From: Sphingomonadales bacterium UBA6157
GTDB taxonomy: Bacteria > Pseudomonadota > Alphaproteobacteria > Sphingomonadales > Sphingomonadaceae
Direction of reading: 5' to 3'
DNA: 64,000 nucleotides
NCBI GenBank assembly: GCA_002423025.1
Contig: DIUN01000006.1
Span: 6,903 to 70,902 of the forward strand
Positions 19,871 to 29,038 of the stretch are shown piece by piece; positions within the stretch are counted from its first letter, which is position 1; every line of letters begins with the position of its first letter. A program made the translations under genes and the position numbers. The notes under the pieces are model-generated. The model had not been told where the DNA came from. It made no database searches and was given only the letters and a program-made list of their open reading frames with translations.

Positions 19871-20743
19871 ATGGCGCGGGTGGCATTTCTGGGTTTGGGC
19901 GTGATGGGCGGCCCGATGGCGCGGCACCTTGCGGCGGCTGGCCATGAGGTGACAGTTTACAATCGCAACGCCGCCAAGGCCGAAGCCTTTGTAGCGGCAC
20001 ATGGTGGAAAGGCCGCTGCGACTCCCGCGGTCGCTGCGGCGGGTGCAGAAGCAGTGATGGCGTGCGTCGGCGCCGATGTGGATTTGCGGGCGGTAACGCT
20101 CGGGGCGGACGGCGCCTTTGCCGCGATGACGCCGGGTGCGGTGTTTATCGATCACACGACTGTATCGGCCGAGATCGCCCGCGAACTGGCGGCGGCGGGC
20201 GAGGAACTTGGGCTACTCGTTGTCGACGCGCCGGTTTCCGGTGGGCAGGCAGGAGCCGAGAACGGCCAGCTGACCATAATGTGCGGCGGAAGCGAGCTGG
20301 CCTTCAAGGCGGCGGAGCCGCTGATGCAGGCCTATGCCAAGCGGATTGGCCATATGGGCCCGGCGGGCGCGGGGCAGCTGACCAAGATGGTCAACCAACT
20401 GGCAATTGCCGGTATACTGCAGGGCCTCTCCGAGGCGCTCGCTTTTGGCAAGGCGGCCGGGCTCGATCTCGATGCGGTGGTGGATGTAATCTCCAAGGGT
20501 GCTGCGCAAAGCTGGCAGATGGACAACCGGGCAGCCACCATGGTGCGCGGCCAGTTCGATTTCGGTTTTGCGGTGGATTGGATGCGCAAGGACCTGGGGC
20601 TGGTGTTGGCCGAGGCCGAGCGGCTCGGCGTTTCGTTGCCTCTGGCGCAGTTGGTGGATGGTTATTACGCTGAGGTTCAGGCCATGGCCGGAGGCCGGCA
20701 GGACACGAGCTCGCTCATCCGCCGCCTCGTGCCCAAATTCTGA
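19871..20743 (+). CDS. NAD(P)-dependent oxidoreductase, 3-hydroxyisobutyrate dehydrogenase family
   Basis: Rossmann motif VAFLGLGVMGGPMARHL. Start taken at ATG 19871 after a GGGAGCAGG RBS. Confidence 0.85.
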   Translation: MARVAFLGLGVMGGPMARHLAAAGHEVTVYNRNAAKAEAFVAAHGGKAAATPAVAAAGAEAVMACVGADVDLRAVTLGADGAFAAMTPGAVFIDHTTVSAEIARELAAAGEELGLLVVDAPVSGGQAGAENGQLTIMCGGSELAFKAAEPLMQAYAKRIGHMGPAGAGQLTKMVNQLAIAGILQGLSEALAFGKAAGLDLDAVVDVISKGAAQSWQMDNRAATMVRGQFDFGFAVDWMRKDLGLVLAEAERLGVSLPLAQLVDGYYAEVQAMAGGRQDTSSLIRRLVPKF

Positions 20744-21153
20744 TGTCTGGAGAAAATGCGATGACTGGAATTGCGCGCGTTATCGAGATGACCCCCGATC
20801 CGCTGGCGCCTTACGCCATCGCGCCGGGCTGGCAGGTGGGGAATCTGCTGTTCCTCTCCGGCCAGGCTGCGATCAGCGCTGAAGGCGCGCTGGTTGGCGT
20901 GGGCGATTTTGATGCCCAGCTCGTGCAGGTGATGGCGAATATTGACCGTGTGCTGGCCGCCGGCGGCAGTGAGCGCAGCCGGATCGTCAAGGTGACGATC
21001 TACCTGACCGATATGGCAAACTTCCCCAAAATCGTCGAGGCGCGGAAGGTATATTTCACCGCGCCTTACCCTGCTGACACGATTGTGGAAGTGAAGAGCC
21101 TGGCGCTGCCCGAACTGATGCTCGAGATAGACGTCATCGCCACCACCGGCTGA
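20743..21153 (+). CDS. RidA/YjgF family reactive-intermediate deaminase
   Basis: NLLFLSGQ ... VKVTIYLTDM ... PADTIVEVKSL pattern. 1-nt TGATG overlap with the preceding gene. Confidence 0.85.
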   Translation: MSGENAMTGIARVIEMTPDPLAPYAIAPGWQVGNLLFLSGQAAISAEGALVGVGDFDAQLVQVMANIDRVLAAGGSERSRIVKVTIYLTDMANFPKIVEARKVYFTAPYPADTIVEVKSLALPELMLEIDVIATTG

Positions 21154-21156
21154 AGC

Positions 21157-21450
21157 CTAGACTGCGCCGGGCTTTCGCGCGCCAGGCGGCAGCGGCTGGC
21201 TGCCAAAATCCAGCACCGATCGAGAGACGATGGCGCCGGCGCTGTCCACGATCAGCCGCAGCCGTGTATGGGCGTTGGAGAAGGTGAGGCGGAAGCGGCC
21301 TTCATCCTCACCAACGCCCGCTTCGCACGCGGTCTTGATCGCCCCCGATTGCAGCTGGCCAGGCACCAATGACGCTTCCAGCTTCAGCCCCTCGGCGATG
21401 ACTTCCGCAGCGACAGTGAATTCGGCGCCATTGCCGTTGATTTCGATCAT
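21157..21450 (-). CDS. Hypothetical protein, 97 aa
   Basis: Clean ORF filling the gap between convergent and divergent neighbours. No motif recognised. Confidence 0.45.
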   Translation of the reverse strand: MIEINGNGAEFTVAAEVIAEGLKLEASLVPGQLQSGAIKTACEAGVGEDEGRFRLTFSNAHTRLRLIVDSAGAIVSRSVLDFGSQPLPPGARKPGAV

Positions 21451-21557
21451 CGGTGGCCCATTGCCCGAGTGCCGTGCGGATGCAAGCAGGCTTGGTATCC
21501 TTGACGCTGTTCATTTTCCGCTGTTGCGAGCGGCAGCGGCGGCGCTAAGCTGCAGGA

Positions 21558-23207
21558 ATGATCTTGCATCCTCACCTCGCACTTGCCTCTTTCGCTGCCG
21601 CCGCGCTGCTCGCCAGTGCGCCGGTGCTGGCGGACACCGTCTATACCAATGCCAATGGCTACACGCTGGGTGAGGATGGCGGCCTCAAGCGCTTCAGCGC
21701 GCTGGTGGTGGGCAACAATGGTCGGGTGAAGGCGACCCTGCCGGCCGGAGCGCCGCTACCGCGTGGCCGCAAGGTGGATGTGGCCGGGCGCACGCTGCTG
21801 CCAGGGCTGATCGATGCGCACGGTCATGTCATGGGGTTGGGCGAGCTGGCGCTTCGGGCTGATCTCAATCCGAGCAAGACGCTGGCTGAGGCGCAGGCAA
21901 TGCTGCGTGCCTACAAGCCAACGGGAGCATGGATTTTGGGCGGCGGTTGGAACCAGGAGCGCTGGTCGCTCGGACGGTTCCCGACGGCAGCCGAGTTGGA
22001 TGCCGTGACGGACCGGCCGGCGTTTCTCGAGCGTGTCGATGGCCATGCCGGCTGGGCCAACACCAAGGCGCTGGCGCTCGCTGGTGTAACTGCGGCAACG
22101 CCGGACCCTGCCGGCGGCCGTATCGAGCGAGATGCTCAGGGCAACCCGACCGGCGTCCTGGTGGATGCGGCCATGAAGCTGGTGGAGGCCAAGATTCCGC
22201 CCGCCACGCCGCGCGAGGCCGATGCGGCGCTGGCAAAGGCACTATCCATCATGGCCTCTGTGGGGCTTACTGGCGCACATGACGCCGGCGTCAGCAAGGC
22301 GACGTGGGACCGCTATCGGCGCTTTGCGGCGCGCGGTAAGCTGAGCGCTCGCATCTACGCCATGGCCGGCGGTCCTGATAATGTGGCTGCTATAGCACCC
22401 AACGGCCCGATCGGCTGGGACAAGGCGGATAGGCTCGCCATGCAATCCATGAAGCTGCAGGCCGATGGTGCTCTCGGCTCGCGCGGTGCCTGGATGCGTA
22501 GTGATTACAGCGACAAGCCCGGTGAGCGCGGGCTCGCCTTTTACGAGGAAGGCAAGCTGCGGCGGATGATGCTGGAGGCTTCGGCCAAGGGCTTCCAGGT
22601 GAACGTCCATGCCATCGGCGATGCCGCCAATGGCGCCACTATGGGCGGCTTTGGCGCCATCCCTGACGCCCAGCGCCAGGCGCTGCGCCACCGCAACGAG
22701 CATGCCCAGATTGTTTCGCTGGAAGATCTGTCGCGTTTTGCCCGGCTCGGTGTCATCGCGTCGGTGCAGCCGACGCACGCCACCAGCGACAAGGGTATGG
22801 CTGAGGCGCGGGTGGGTGATGCTCGACTGGCTGGCGGCTACGCATGGCAAACACTGATCAAGAGCGGTGCGCGGATTGCCGGCGGCTCGGACTTTCCGGT
22901 GGAGCCGCCCAACCCCTTTTATGGGCTTCACGCTGCTGTGACCCGGCAGGACCGTGGTGACGCCCCTCCCGGCGGCTGGCGCCCGCGTGAGGCGATGACG
23001 ATGGAGCAGGCCTTCGCCGCCTTCACCACCGGCGCGGCTTATGCTGGCCATGCCGAGACCAAGGTTGGCACGCTGACGCCCGGCAAATGGGCGGACTTCA
23101 TCATCGTCGATCAGGACCCGTTCGCGATTGCCCCGGCGCTCCTGTGGAAGACTGGCATCGACGAGACTTGGGTAGCGGGCAAGCGTGTGTTCCAGCGCAA
23201 GCGCTGA
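21558..23207 (+). CDS. Secreted amidohydrolase (YtcJ-like, Amidohydro_3)
   Basis: Signal peptide. LPGLIDAHGHV metal-binding motif, VHAIGD, GSDFPVE. Confidence 0.85.
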   Translation: MILHPHLALASFAAAALLASAPVLADTVYTNANGYTLGEDGGLKRFSALVVGNNGRVKATLPAGAPLPRGRKVDVAGRTLLPGLIDAHGHVMGLGELALRADLNPSKTLAEAQAMLRAYKPTGAWILGGGWNQERWSLGRFPTAAELDAVTDRPAFLERVDGHAGWANTKALALAGVTAATPDPAGGRIERDAQGNPTGVLVDAAMKLVEAKIPPATPREADAALAKALSIMASVGLTGAHDAGVSKATWDRYRRFAARGKLSARIYAMAGGPDNVAAIAPNGPIGWDKADRLAMQSMKLQADGALGSRGAWMRSDYSDKPGERGLAFYEEGKLRRMMLEASAKGFQVNVHAIGDAANGATMGGFGAIPDAQRQALRHRNEHAQIVSLEDLSRFARLGVIASVQPTHATSDKGMAEARVGDARLAGGYAWQTLIKSGARIAGGSDFPVEPPNPFYGLHAAVTRQDRGDAPPGGWRPREAMTMEQAFAAFTTGAAYAGHAETKVGTLTPGKWADFIIVDQDPFAIAPALLWKTGIDETWVAGKRVFQRKR

Positions 23208-23234
23208 CGCGCTGCCCGCTACTGTACCGCGCGG

Positions 23235-25517
23235 CTATTCCTTGAGTTCCAGCACCGGGCCTGGGCTGTCGGCTGCGATCTGCGCCGCTGTGAAGGGCAG
23301 CCTGTGCCAGCGCTTGGCTGAATAGGCGCGGGTCTGGTCCGCATACCAGGGCGAGGCCGGATCGGTGGACTGGGAGTAGCTCAGCACTGCATCAGCGACC
23401 GGGCCGGCATCATCAAATCCGACCACCTGCACATAGCTTGAGCCATGCACCGGCATCAGGCCGCCGGGCACGGGGATAGAGCGTTGGACATTGAGCACGC
23501 CCAGAGGCCCATCGGCACCGTGAATGGCAATGCGTTCGGCGCCGCGCGGCGCAGTTTGTACATCGCCCCAGCGGGCATCAAGGGCGATTCCCTCCTTGGC
23601 CAACCGCGCCACAGCCTCGGCCAGGAGGGCGCGCAACTTGACGCCCTGCTCGCCGCTGGTGATGAAATCGCGTGGGGTATTGACCGGGTCAGCAAGGCTG
23701 AACGGCGTCGCCCACAGGCCAGGCAGCTGCTGGGTCTTTTCCCAATAGGCGTGGAACAGGTAGGCGCCGCGGCTATCGTTGTTGAAGCGGCCATCCCAAC
23801 CGACGAGTGCGGCGCAGGCCGGAGCAAGCGTCGCATCGGTGGCGCATAGCGCCAACAGCGGCGCGAGTGTCAGTTCGGCCGCCAGACTCTTGTTGGCAAA
23901 AGCCATCGCCTTGGCGTTGGCATGGTCGAGCCTGGTGCCGGGCAGGCCATCTGTGCCGGCAAGGCGGCGGCCAATCTCTATGAGGCCGGAGCGGGTGCGG
24001 AGGGTGCGCTCGGTTTCCGCTGCCCCGAGGATAGGTGACAGCGCCTTGGCGGGGGCCTTGGGCGTGGTCAGCCAATAGCTGTCGTTGCTGTTGGCGAGAT
24101 AGTCACGGCTCTCGAACACAGCCTGGTCACGCGCCGGCATTAGGCCCGCAACGGGGGTACCGCGCACCGTCTCCCAATCGCAGGCGCTGCGGCTGCCATC
24201 GAGCAAGGTGAGGCGAAGGGCAAGCCGTTGGGAGAGTGGCGTCGCGCAGGCAGCGACTTTCGCGGCCGATACGTTGGGCACGGCGGTCACATCGGCAAGC
24301 AGTGCATTACCCTGCGCGTCAGCAGCAATGGTGTTGACCCAAGGGATGCCAAGACTGGATTCGACAGCCATGCGGATGTCTGCAGTGCTGCGGGCGCGGG
24401 CGATCTTGATCCAAGTGCCGATGCCGCGCTGGTTGCCGGCATTGGCCTCTTTCAGGGCATAGGCGCTGGTGCCGCTCCAACCGAGGCCGGTGGCCGGGGC
24501 GGCGAGCAACTGGCCAAAACGGCTGGAATAGAGCGTGCGCGTGATGGGTGCAGCGCCATCGGCCATGGGGACGCTGATGGTGCGACGCAGCATGGCATGG
24601 CGCTTGCCATCGACGAGATATGCGGTCGGGTCCTGCGGGTCGAGTTGCAGGGCGTGTAGCGTGAAGTGCCGTGCAGCCGTGACAGTGTGCGTCCAGGCAA
24701 TGTGTTGGTTGAAACCGAGGGTGGGCAGCGGCGTGCCGGCGATGCCTACGCCCATGGCATCGATTATGCCGGGGATCGTCACATGCATCTGCCAGAAGCG
24801 TGCTGGCCCAAACCACGGGAAATGCGGGTTGCCCACCACAAGGCCGCGGCCATTGGCGGTGGTCTCCGCGCCAAAGGCCCAGCCGTTGCTGCCGATGCCC
24901 GTATCATGGGGGTCCGGCAGGGCGATGCTCGCTGCCACGGCTGTTTGCTGCAGGGGCGGCGCGGCGTTGGCGACGGCGGGTGCAAAGTTGAGCGAACCGG
25001 CCAGCAGCATCTGCTTTTCGTTCAGCCGCAACAGGTCATCGAGCGTGATGGGGCGAACCCAAGGCTTGCCACGGCAGGCGACTGGTACACCAGCAGCTCC
25101 GAGATCGCGCAACAGGCGATTATGGCCCGCCACATAGCCGGTAAACAGTTGGCGCTCGGGCTTGCCGGCCTTGCGCCAGCTCTTGCGCAGCGCCGGCAGG
25201 TTGATGGCGGAGCGGAAGAACAGGTCGGAAGAGAGATTGTCCACTGGCTCGAAGCCCAGCACGGCGCCGGCCTTCGCACCGAAATGCAGTGAACGCTCGC
25301 CGGCGATGGTGGCGAACTCCTCGGCGATCAGGCAGAGATTGTCCTGCCCATAGGCATAGCCGACCCCATAGCCTATGCCCTGCCAATTCGTAGCGCGGAT
25401 GTGCGGGATGCCATGGGCCGTGCGCACGATGCTCACGGAAAGCCCGCGCGCTTCCGCCGGGCTTGTGGCCATCAGGCAAGTTACGGCGATCGCCAGTAGA
25501 GCTGGATTGCGCAGCAT
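23235..25517 (-). CDS. Penicillin/AHL acylase family Ntn hydrolase (secreted)
   Basis: Signal peptide. Autoprocessing site ...GIGSNGWAFG with the nucleophile Ser. GNPHFPW motif. ~760 aa. Confidence 0.85.
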   Translation of the reverse strand: MLRNPALLAIAVTCLMATSPAEARGLSVSIVRTAHGIPHIRATNWQGIGYGVGYAYGQDNLCLIAEEFATIAGERSLHFGAKAGAVLGFEPVDNLSSDLFFRSAINLPALRKSWRKAGKPERQLFTGYVAGHNRLLRDLGAAGVPVACRGKPWVRPITLDDLLRLNEKQMLLAGSLNFAPAVANAAPPLQQTAVAASIALPDPHDTGIGSNGWAFGAETTANGRGLVVGNPHFPWFGPARFWQMHVTIPGIIDAMGVGIAGTPLPTLGFNQHIAWTHTVTAARHFTLHALQLDPQDPTAYLVDGKRHAMLRRTISVPMADGAAPITRTLYSSRFGQLLAAPATGLGWSGTSAYALKEANAGNQRGIGTWIKIARARSTADIRMAVESSLGIPWVNTIAADAQGNALLADVTAVPNVSAAKVAACATPLSQRLALRLTLLDGSRSACDWETVRGTPVAGLMPARDQAVFESRDYLANSNDSYWLTTPKAPAKALSPILGAAETERTLRTRSGLIEIGRRLAGTDGLPGTRLDHANAKAMAFANKSLAAELTLAPLLALCATDATLAPACAALVGWDGRFNNDSRGAYLFHAYWEKTQQLPGLWATPFSLADPVNTPRDFITSGEQGVKLRALLAEAVARLAKEGIALDARWGDVQTAPRGAERIAIHGADGPLGVLNVQRSIPVPGGLMPVHGSSYVQVVGFDDAGPVADAVLSYSQSTDPASPWYADQTRAYSAKRWHRLPFTAAQIAADSPGPVLELKE

Positions 25518-25610
25518 GATGTCTTCCCCAAAGTCCTGTTTGATCAGGGGGTAGGACGCACAGGCAGGCTTGGCAACATAAGGGATTGATAGCGCTGCTT
25601 CGGCTGGATA

Positions 25611-27716
25611 CTAGCCGGCGAGAGCCGTTAGCGTATCGACGGTCAGTATCTGCGGAAGTTCAGTTGCGGTGCCATCGGCGGCGTAGAACATGTAGACTGG
25701 GACGCCGGCTCGGCCCTGTTCGGCGAGCCAGGCTGAGATCTTAGGGTCCCCGCGCGTCCAGTCCCCTTCCAGCACGGTGATGCCCTTGGCCTTGAAGGCG
25801 TCGGCAACGGCGGCGCTGGACATGGCGCCCTTCTCGTTCACCTTGCAGGTTAGGCACCAATCCGCCGTCATGTAGACGAAGGTGGGGGTGCCGGCGGCGC
25901 GCAGTTCGGCGAGCTTTTCCGGGCTGTAGGGCAGGGCGGCGAGCGTGGTGGCACCGGAGGTTTCGCCGCCGGAAGCCGCTGCCGGATCAGAGATTGGCAG
26001 TAGAGCGATGGCAGCGATGCTCACGGCGATGGCAGCGCCGGCCGGCAGCCAACTGGTTGCACCGCCATGCTGGCGAAAGCCTACCCACCAGAGCAGCAGC
26101 CCGAGCAGCAAAGCCCCTGCCAGACCTGCTGTCATGCCCTCGACGCCGGCCTGGCGACCGAGCACCCAGGCCAATGCCAGCGCTGTGAGAAACATCGGCA
26201 CGGAAAGAATGGCGCGCAAACGGATCATCCACGTGCCGGGCTTTGGCAGGCGGCGGCGCACGGCGGGCACGAAGCCAACCAGCAAGAAGGGAATGGCAAG
26301 GCCAAAGCCAAGGCCGGCGAACACCAGGATGCCGGCGGCTGGCGGAAGCACCAGCGCAGCGCCGAGCGCGCCTGCCATGAATGGACCCGTGCACGGTGTG
26401 GCGACAAAGGCGGCGAGAGCGCCAGTGGCGAAGCTGCCAAAGGCGCCGCCCTTTTGCACAGCTTCGCTGCCGAGGCTGCCGGTTGTCAGGTTGATCTCGA
26501 AAACGCCAGCCAAGTTGAGCGCGATAGCCGTCACCAGCAGCAGCAGCCCAGCGATGACGCGGGGGTCCTGGAGTTGAAAGGCCCAGCCGACTTGTGAACC
26601 AGCAGCACGCAGCCCGATCACAAGGGCACCCAGCGCGGCGCAGACCAGAACAACGCCAGCGGTGTAAGCCATGGCATCGCGGCGGGCATCGGCTGGGGCG
26701 ATGTTGCCCTTGGCGAGGCTCAGTGCCTTGAGGCTGAGGATCGGGAACACGCAGGGCATGACGTTGAGCACGATGCCTCCGAGCACCGCGAGCAGCAGCA
26801 CGGGCAGCAAGCCAGAGAGATCACCCTCGCCATTGCTTCCGTCCTTGCTCTCGTTGGCAAGAGCCGTTCCTGCGGCCGGCACGTCACCCGGCTGAGCGGT
26901 GATGGTGAAGCCAAGCGCTTCGGCGTCACCTTCGCGTTCGACGCGCAACAAGCCGGAAAGTGGCCCGGTGCTGGGTTCGAAGCCAGCCTTGGTCTCAATG
27001 CGGATCTGGTCTCCGGCTATGGTGACGCTCTGCGGCGCGGCATAATCCAGCGCACCGTCCTTCAATGGGAAGAAGTAGGCAGCGCGCACAGTCTCGGGAG
27101 TGCCGAACGGCACCGCGATGGTAACGCGATCTCCAGTGTATTTGTAGCGTGCGGCCCAAGTGACAGGCTTCGGCAGTGCAGCTTGGGCGGCTGCCAGCCT
27201 GGTTACGCTATCGGCATCAGGAGTGCCATCGCCGATGGTAAGCGGCAGGGAGAGCGTTGCGCTTTCCGGCACGCACTGTTCCATGCTGCACACGAGCCAA
27301 TCCGCTTTGACCGTGACGGGGAAGCTATCCCCATTCTTCAGACCGGCCGGCGGCGTGACGCTGGTGATGAGGACATTGGGGTGCGAATAGACATAATTCA
27401 TCAGCCCCGAGACGATGAGAGTTTCAGGGATTGGATAGGCCAGTTCGCCGGGTGCTTCAGTGCCAGCGGGTAGCGTCCATGCGACACGTGTCGGGGCTCC
27501 GGCATCGCCGGGGTTGATCCAGTAGGTGTGCCAATCCGCCTTGGGCGTCAGCATCAGGCCGATGGTCATCGGCTTGCCAGGAGCAGGAGTGGCGCTCGCC
27601 GCGAGTATCTCGATGCGGGTGTGCGGCTGGTCTGAGCTTGTCTGGGCCGCGGCGGGCGCAAACGCCGGCACCAGCAGAGCAGCGAGGACAGTGAGGAAAC
27701 GGATCATCATGCGCAT
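25611..27716 (-). CDS. DsbD-family thiol:disulfide reductase (N-terminal DsbD/ScsB-like domain, CcdA-like membrane core, C-terminal thioredoxin)
   Basis: Start at MRMMIRFLTVLAALL (27716); the longer ORF overlaps rpsI. Membrane cysteines NVMPCVFPILS and TPCTGPF. Thioredoxin motif DWCLTC. Confidence 0.85.
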   Translation of the reverse strand: MRMMIRFLTVLAALLVPAFAPAAAQTSSDQPHTRIEILAASATPAPGKPMTIGLMLTPKADWHTYWINPGDAGAPTRVAWTLPAGTEAPGELAYPIPETLIVSGLMNYVYSHPNVLITSVTPPAGLKNGDSFPVTVKADWLVCSMEQCVPESATLSLPLTIGDGTPDADSVTRLAAAQAALPKPVTWAARYKYTGDRVTIAVPFGTPETVRAAYFFPLKDGALDYAAPQSVTIAGDQIRIETKAGFEPSTGPLSGLLRVEREGDAEALGFTITAQPGDVPAAGTALANESKDGSNGEGDLSGLLPVLLLAVLGGIVLNVMPCVFPILSLKALSLAKGNIAPADARRDAMAYTAGVVLVCAALGALVIGLRAAGSQVGWAFQLQDPRVIAGLLLLVTAIALNLAGVFEINLTTGSLGSEAVQKGGAFGSFATGALAAFVATPCTGPFMAGALGAALVLPPAAGILVFAGLGFGLAIPFLLVGFVPAVRRRLPKPGTWMIRLRAILSVPMFLTALALAWVLGRQAGVEGMTAGLAGALLLGLLLWWVGFRQHGGATSWLPAGAAIAVSIAAIALLPISDPAAASGGETSGATTLAALPYSPEKLAELRAAGTPTFVYMTADWCLTCKVNEKGAMSSAAVADAFKAKGITVLEGDWTRGDPKISAWLAEQGRAGVPVYMFYAADGTATELPQILTVDTLTALAG

Positions 27717-27778
27717 ATGCCTGAGTTGTTCGTTGCCGCATAGCGCCCGGTTACAAACGAGCGGACGTGAAAAGGCGC

Positions 27779-27811
27779 GGGTGGTGTGAACCGCCCGCGC
27801 CCTTTCGATGT
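27779..27811 (-). terminator. Intrinsic terminator of the rplM-rpsI operon
   Basis: 11-bp GC stem (27784-27794 / 27801-27811, one G-U pair) with a 6-nt loop, followed on the minus strand by TTTTC. Lies 30 nt after the rpsI stop. Confidence 0.65.
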
Positions 27812-27840
27812 TTGTGCTACCCGGCCGAGGCCGGAGAAGC

Positions 27841-28380
27841 TTAACGCTTCGAGAACTGGAAGCTCTTGCGGGCCTTGGCCTTGCCGTACTTCTTGCGCTC
27901 GACAACGCGCGGATCGCGGGTGAGGAAGCCAGCCTGCTTGACCGTGGTACGCAGGGCCGGCTCATAGCGGGTGAGCGCTACCGAGATGCCATGCTTGACC
28001 GCACCGGCCTGGCCGGAGAGGCCGCCACCGACAACAGTGCACATCACGTCATACTGGTCCCGACGCTCGGCGATGTCGAACGGCTGGTTGATCACGAGGC
28101 GCAGGGTCGGACGGGCGAAATACACCGTCTGGTCCCGGCCGTTGACGACGATCTTGCCAGTGCCGGGCTTGAGCCAGACACGAGCAATAGCGTTCTTGCG
28201 CTTGCCGGTGGCGTAGGCGCGACCATAGGCATCCAGTTCCTGCTCGCGCAGGGGAGCGGGGGGGCCGCCGCCGCCGGTGTGGGCCGGGTTCTGGTTGCTT
28301 TCGGTGCTGGCGGCAGCCTGGGTGTAGGTGCCGTCCTGCATGCCACCGAGATCGGACAGGGATTGACGCGTGTCAGACAT
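27841..28380 (-). CDS. rpsI: 30S ribosomal protein S9 (with an N-terminal extension)
   Basis: C-terminal [19 protein letters not shown] ... [24 protein letters not shown]. Confidence 0.95.
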   Translation of the reverse strand: MSDTRQSLSDLGGMQDGTYTQAAASTESNQNPAHTGGGGPPAPLREQELDAYGRAYATGKRKNAIARVWLKPGTGKIVVNGRDQTVYFARPTLRLVINQPFDIAERRDQYDVMCTVVGGGLSGQAGAVKHGISVALTRYEPALRTTVKQAGFLTRDPRVVERKKYGKAKARKSFQFSKR

Positions 28381-28886
28381 TATTTGGCAGCCTTCTTGTC
28401 GCCAGCTTCCTGGACGGTAAGGGTCGAATTCTTGCGGTTCATCGCAGCGATATCGATGATTTCCGGGTTCTGGGCGGTGTGCGGATGCTCGGTGCCCTTG
28501 AAGACGCGCAGGTTGCGCATCTGCTGGCGGCCAAGCGGGCCGCGGGGAACCATGCGCTCAACCGCCTTGATCAGGACGCGCTCCGGGAAGCGACCTTCCA
28601 GCACCTTGGCGGGCGAGGTTTCCTTGATGCCGCCCGGGTGGCCGGTGTGACGATAATAGCGCTTGTCAGTGGCCTTCTTGCCAGTGAAGCGGACCTTCTC
28701 GGCATTGATGACAATGATGTTGTCACCGCAATCGACGTGCGGAGTGAAGCTTGCCTTGTGCTTGCCGCGCAGGCGGTTGGCGATGAGTGAGGCAACGCGA
28801 CCGACCACAAGGCCTTCAGCGTCAATAAGAAGCCATTTCTTCTCGACCTCGGCGGGCTTGATCGAGTCTGTTGAGCGGGTGAGCAT
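28380..28886 (-). CDS. rplM: 50S ribosomal protein L13
   Basis: [18 protein letters not shown] ... [12 protein letters not shown] ... MVPRGPLGR. Confidence 0.95.
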   Translation of the reverse strand: MLTRSTDSIKPAEVEKKWLLIDAEGLVVGRVASLIANRLRGKHKASFTPHVDCGDNIIVINAEKVRFTGKKATDKRYYRHTGHPGGIKETSPAKVLEGRFPERVLIKAVERMVPRGPLGRQQMRNLRVFKGTEHPHTAQNPEIIDIAAMNRKNSTLTVQEAGDKKAAK

Positions 28887-28912
28887 GGTTTTTGTCCGAT
28901 GAAAAGCAAAAC

Positions 28913-28932
28913 GGCCGGGGCGGACCCCGGCC
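28913..28932 (-). terminator. GC stem-loop plus U-tract 26 nt upstream of the rplM start. Either the terminator of the 29039..29731 gene or an rplM leader structure.
   Basis: GGCCGGGG-N4-CCCCGGCC, followed on the minus strand by GTTTTGCTTTTC. Confidence 0.4.
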
Positions 28933-28942
28933 GGATGGCGGC

Positions 28943-28971
28943 GATATCGCGGAATGTGCTGATTGCGTCAA
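28943..28971 (-). promoter_or_regulatory. Possible rplM promoter (TTGACG-N17-GATATC on the minus strand)
   Basis: -35 at 28971-28966 and -10 at 28948-28943. It would place the hairpin at the extreme 5' end of the transcript. Confidence 0.3.
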
Positions 28972-29038
28972 GCTTTTCCGCGGGTTTTTGATGTGGTATT
29001 AAAATACCTTATTATTTGACTGGTTGGTGAGGCCGCAT

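Noticed and set aside
27717-27965. An N-terminal extension of the DsbD-like ORF (ORF-track start 27965). Similar extensions occur for atpB, rnc, recO, zur, dxs, the CsbD-like gene, the epimerase, marR, the JAMM gene and murI.
   Set aside because: The extensions overlap neighbouring genes or terminators and are Arg/Ser/Pro-rich. Internal starts give canonical N-termini (signal peptide MRMMIRFLTVLAALL for the DsbD-like protein).
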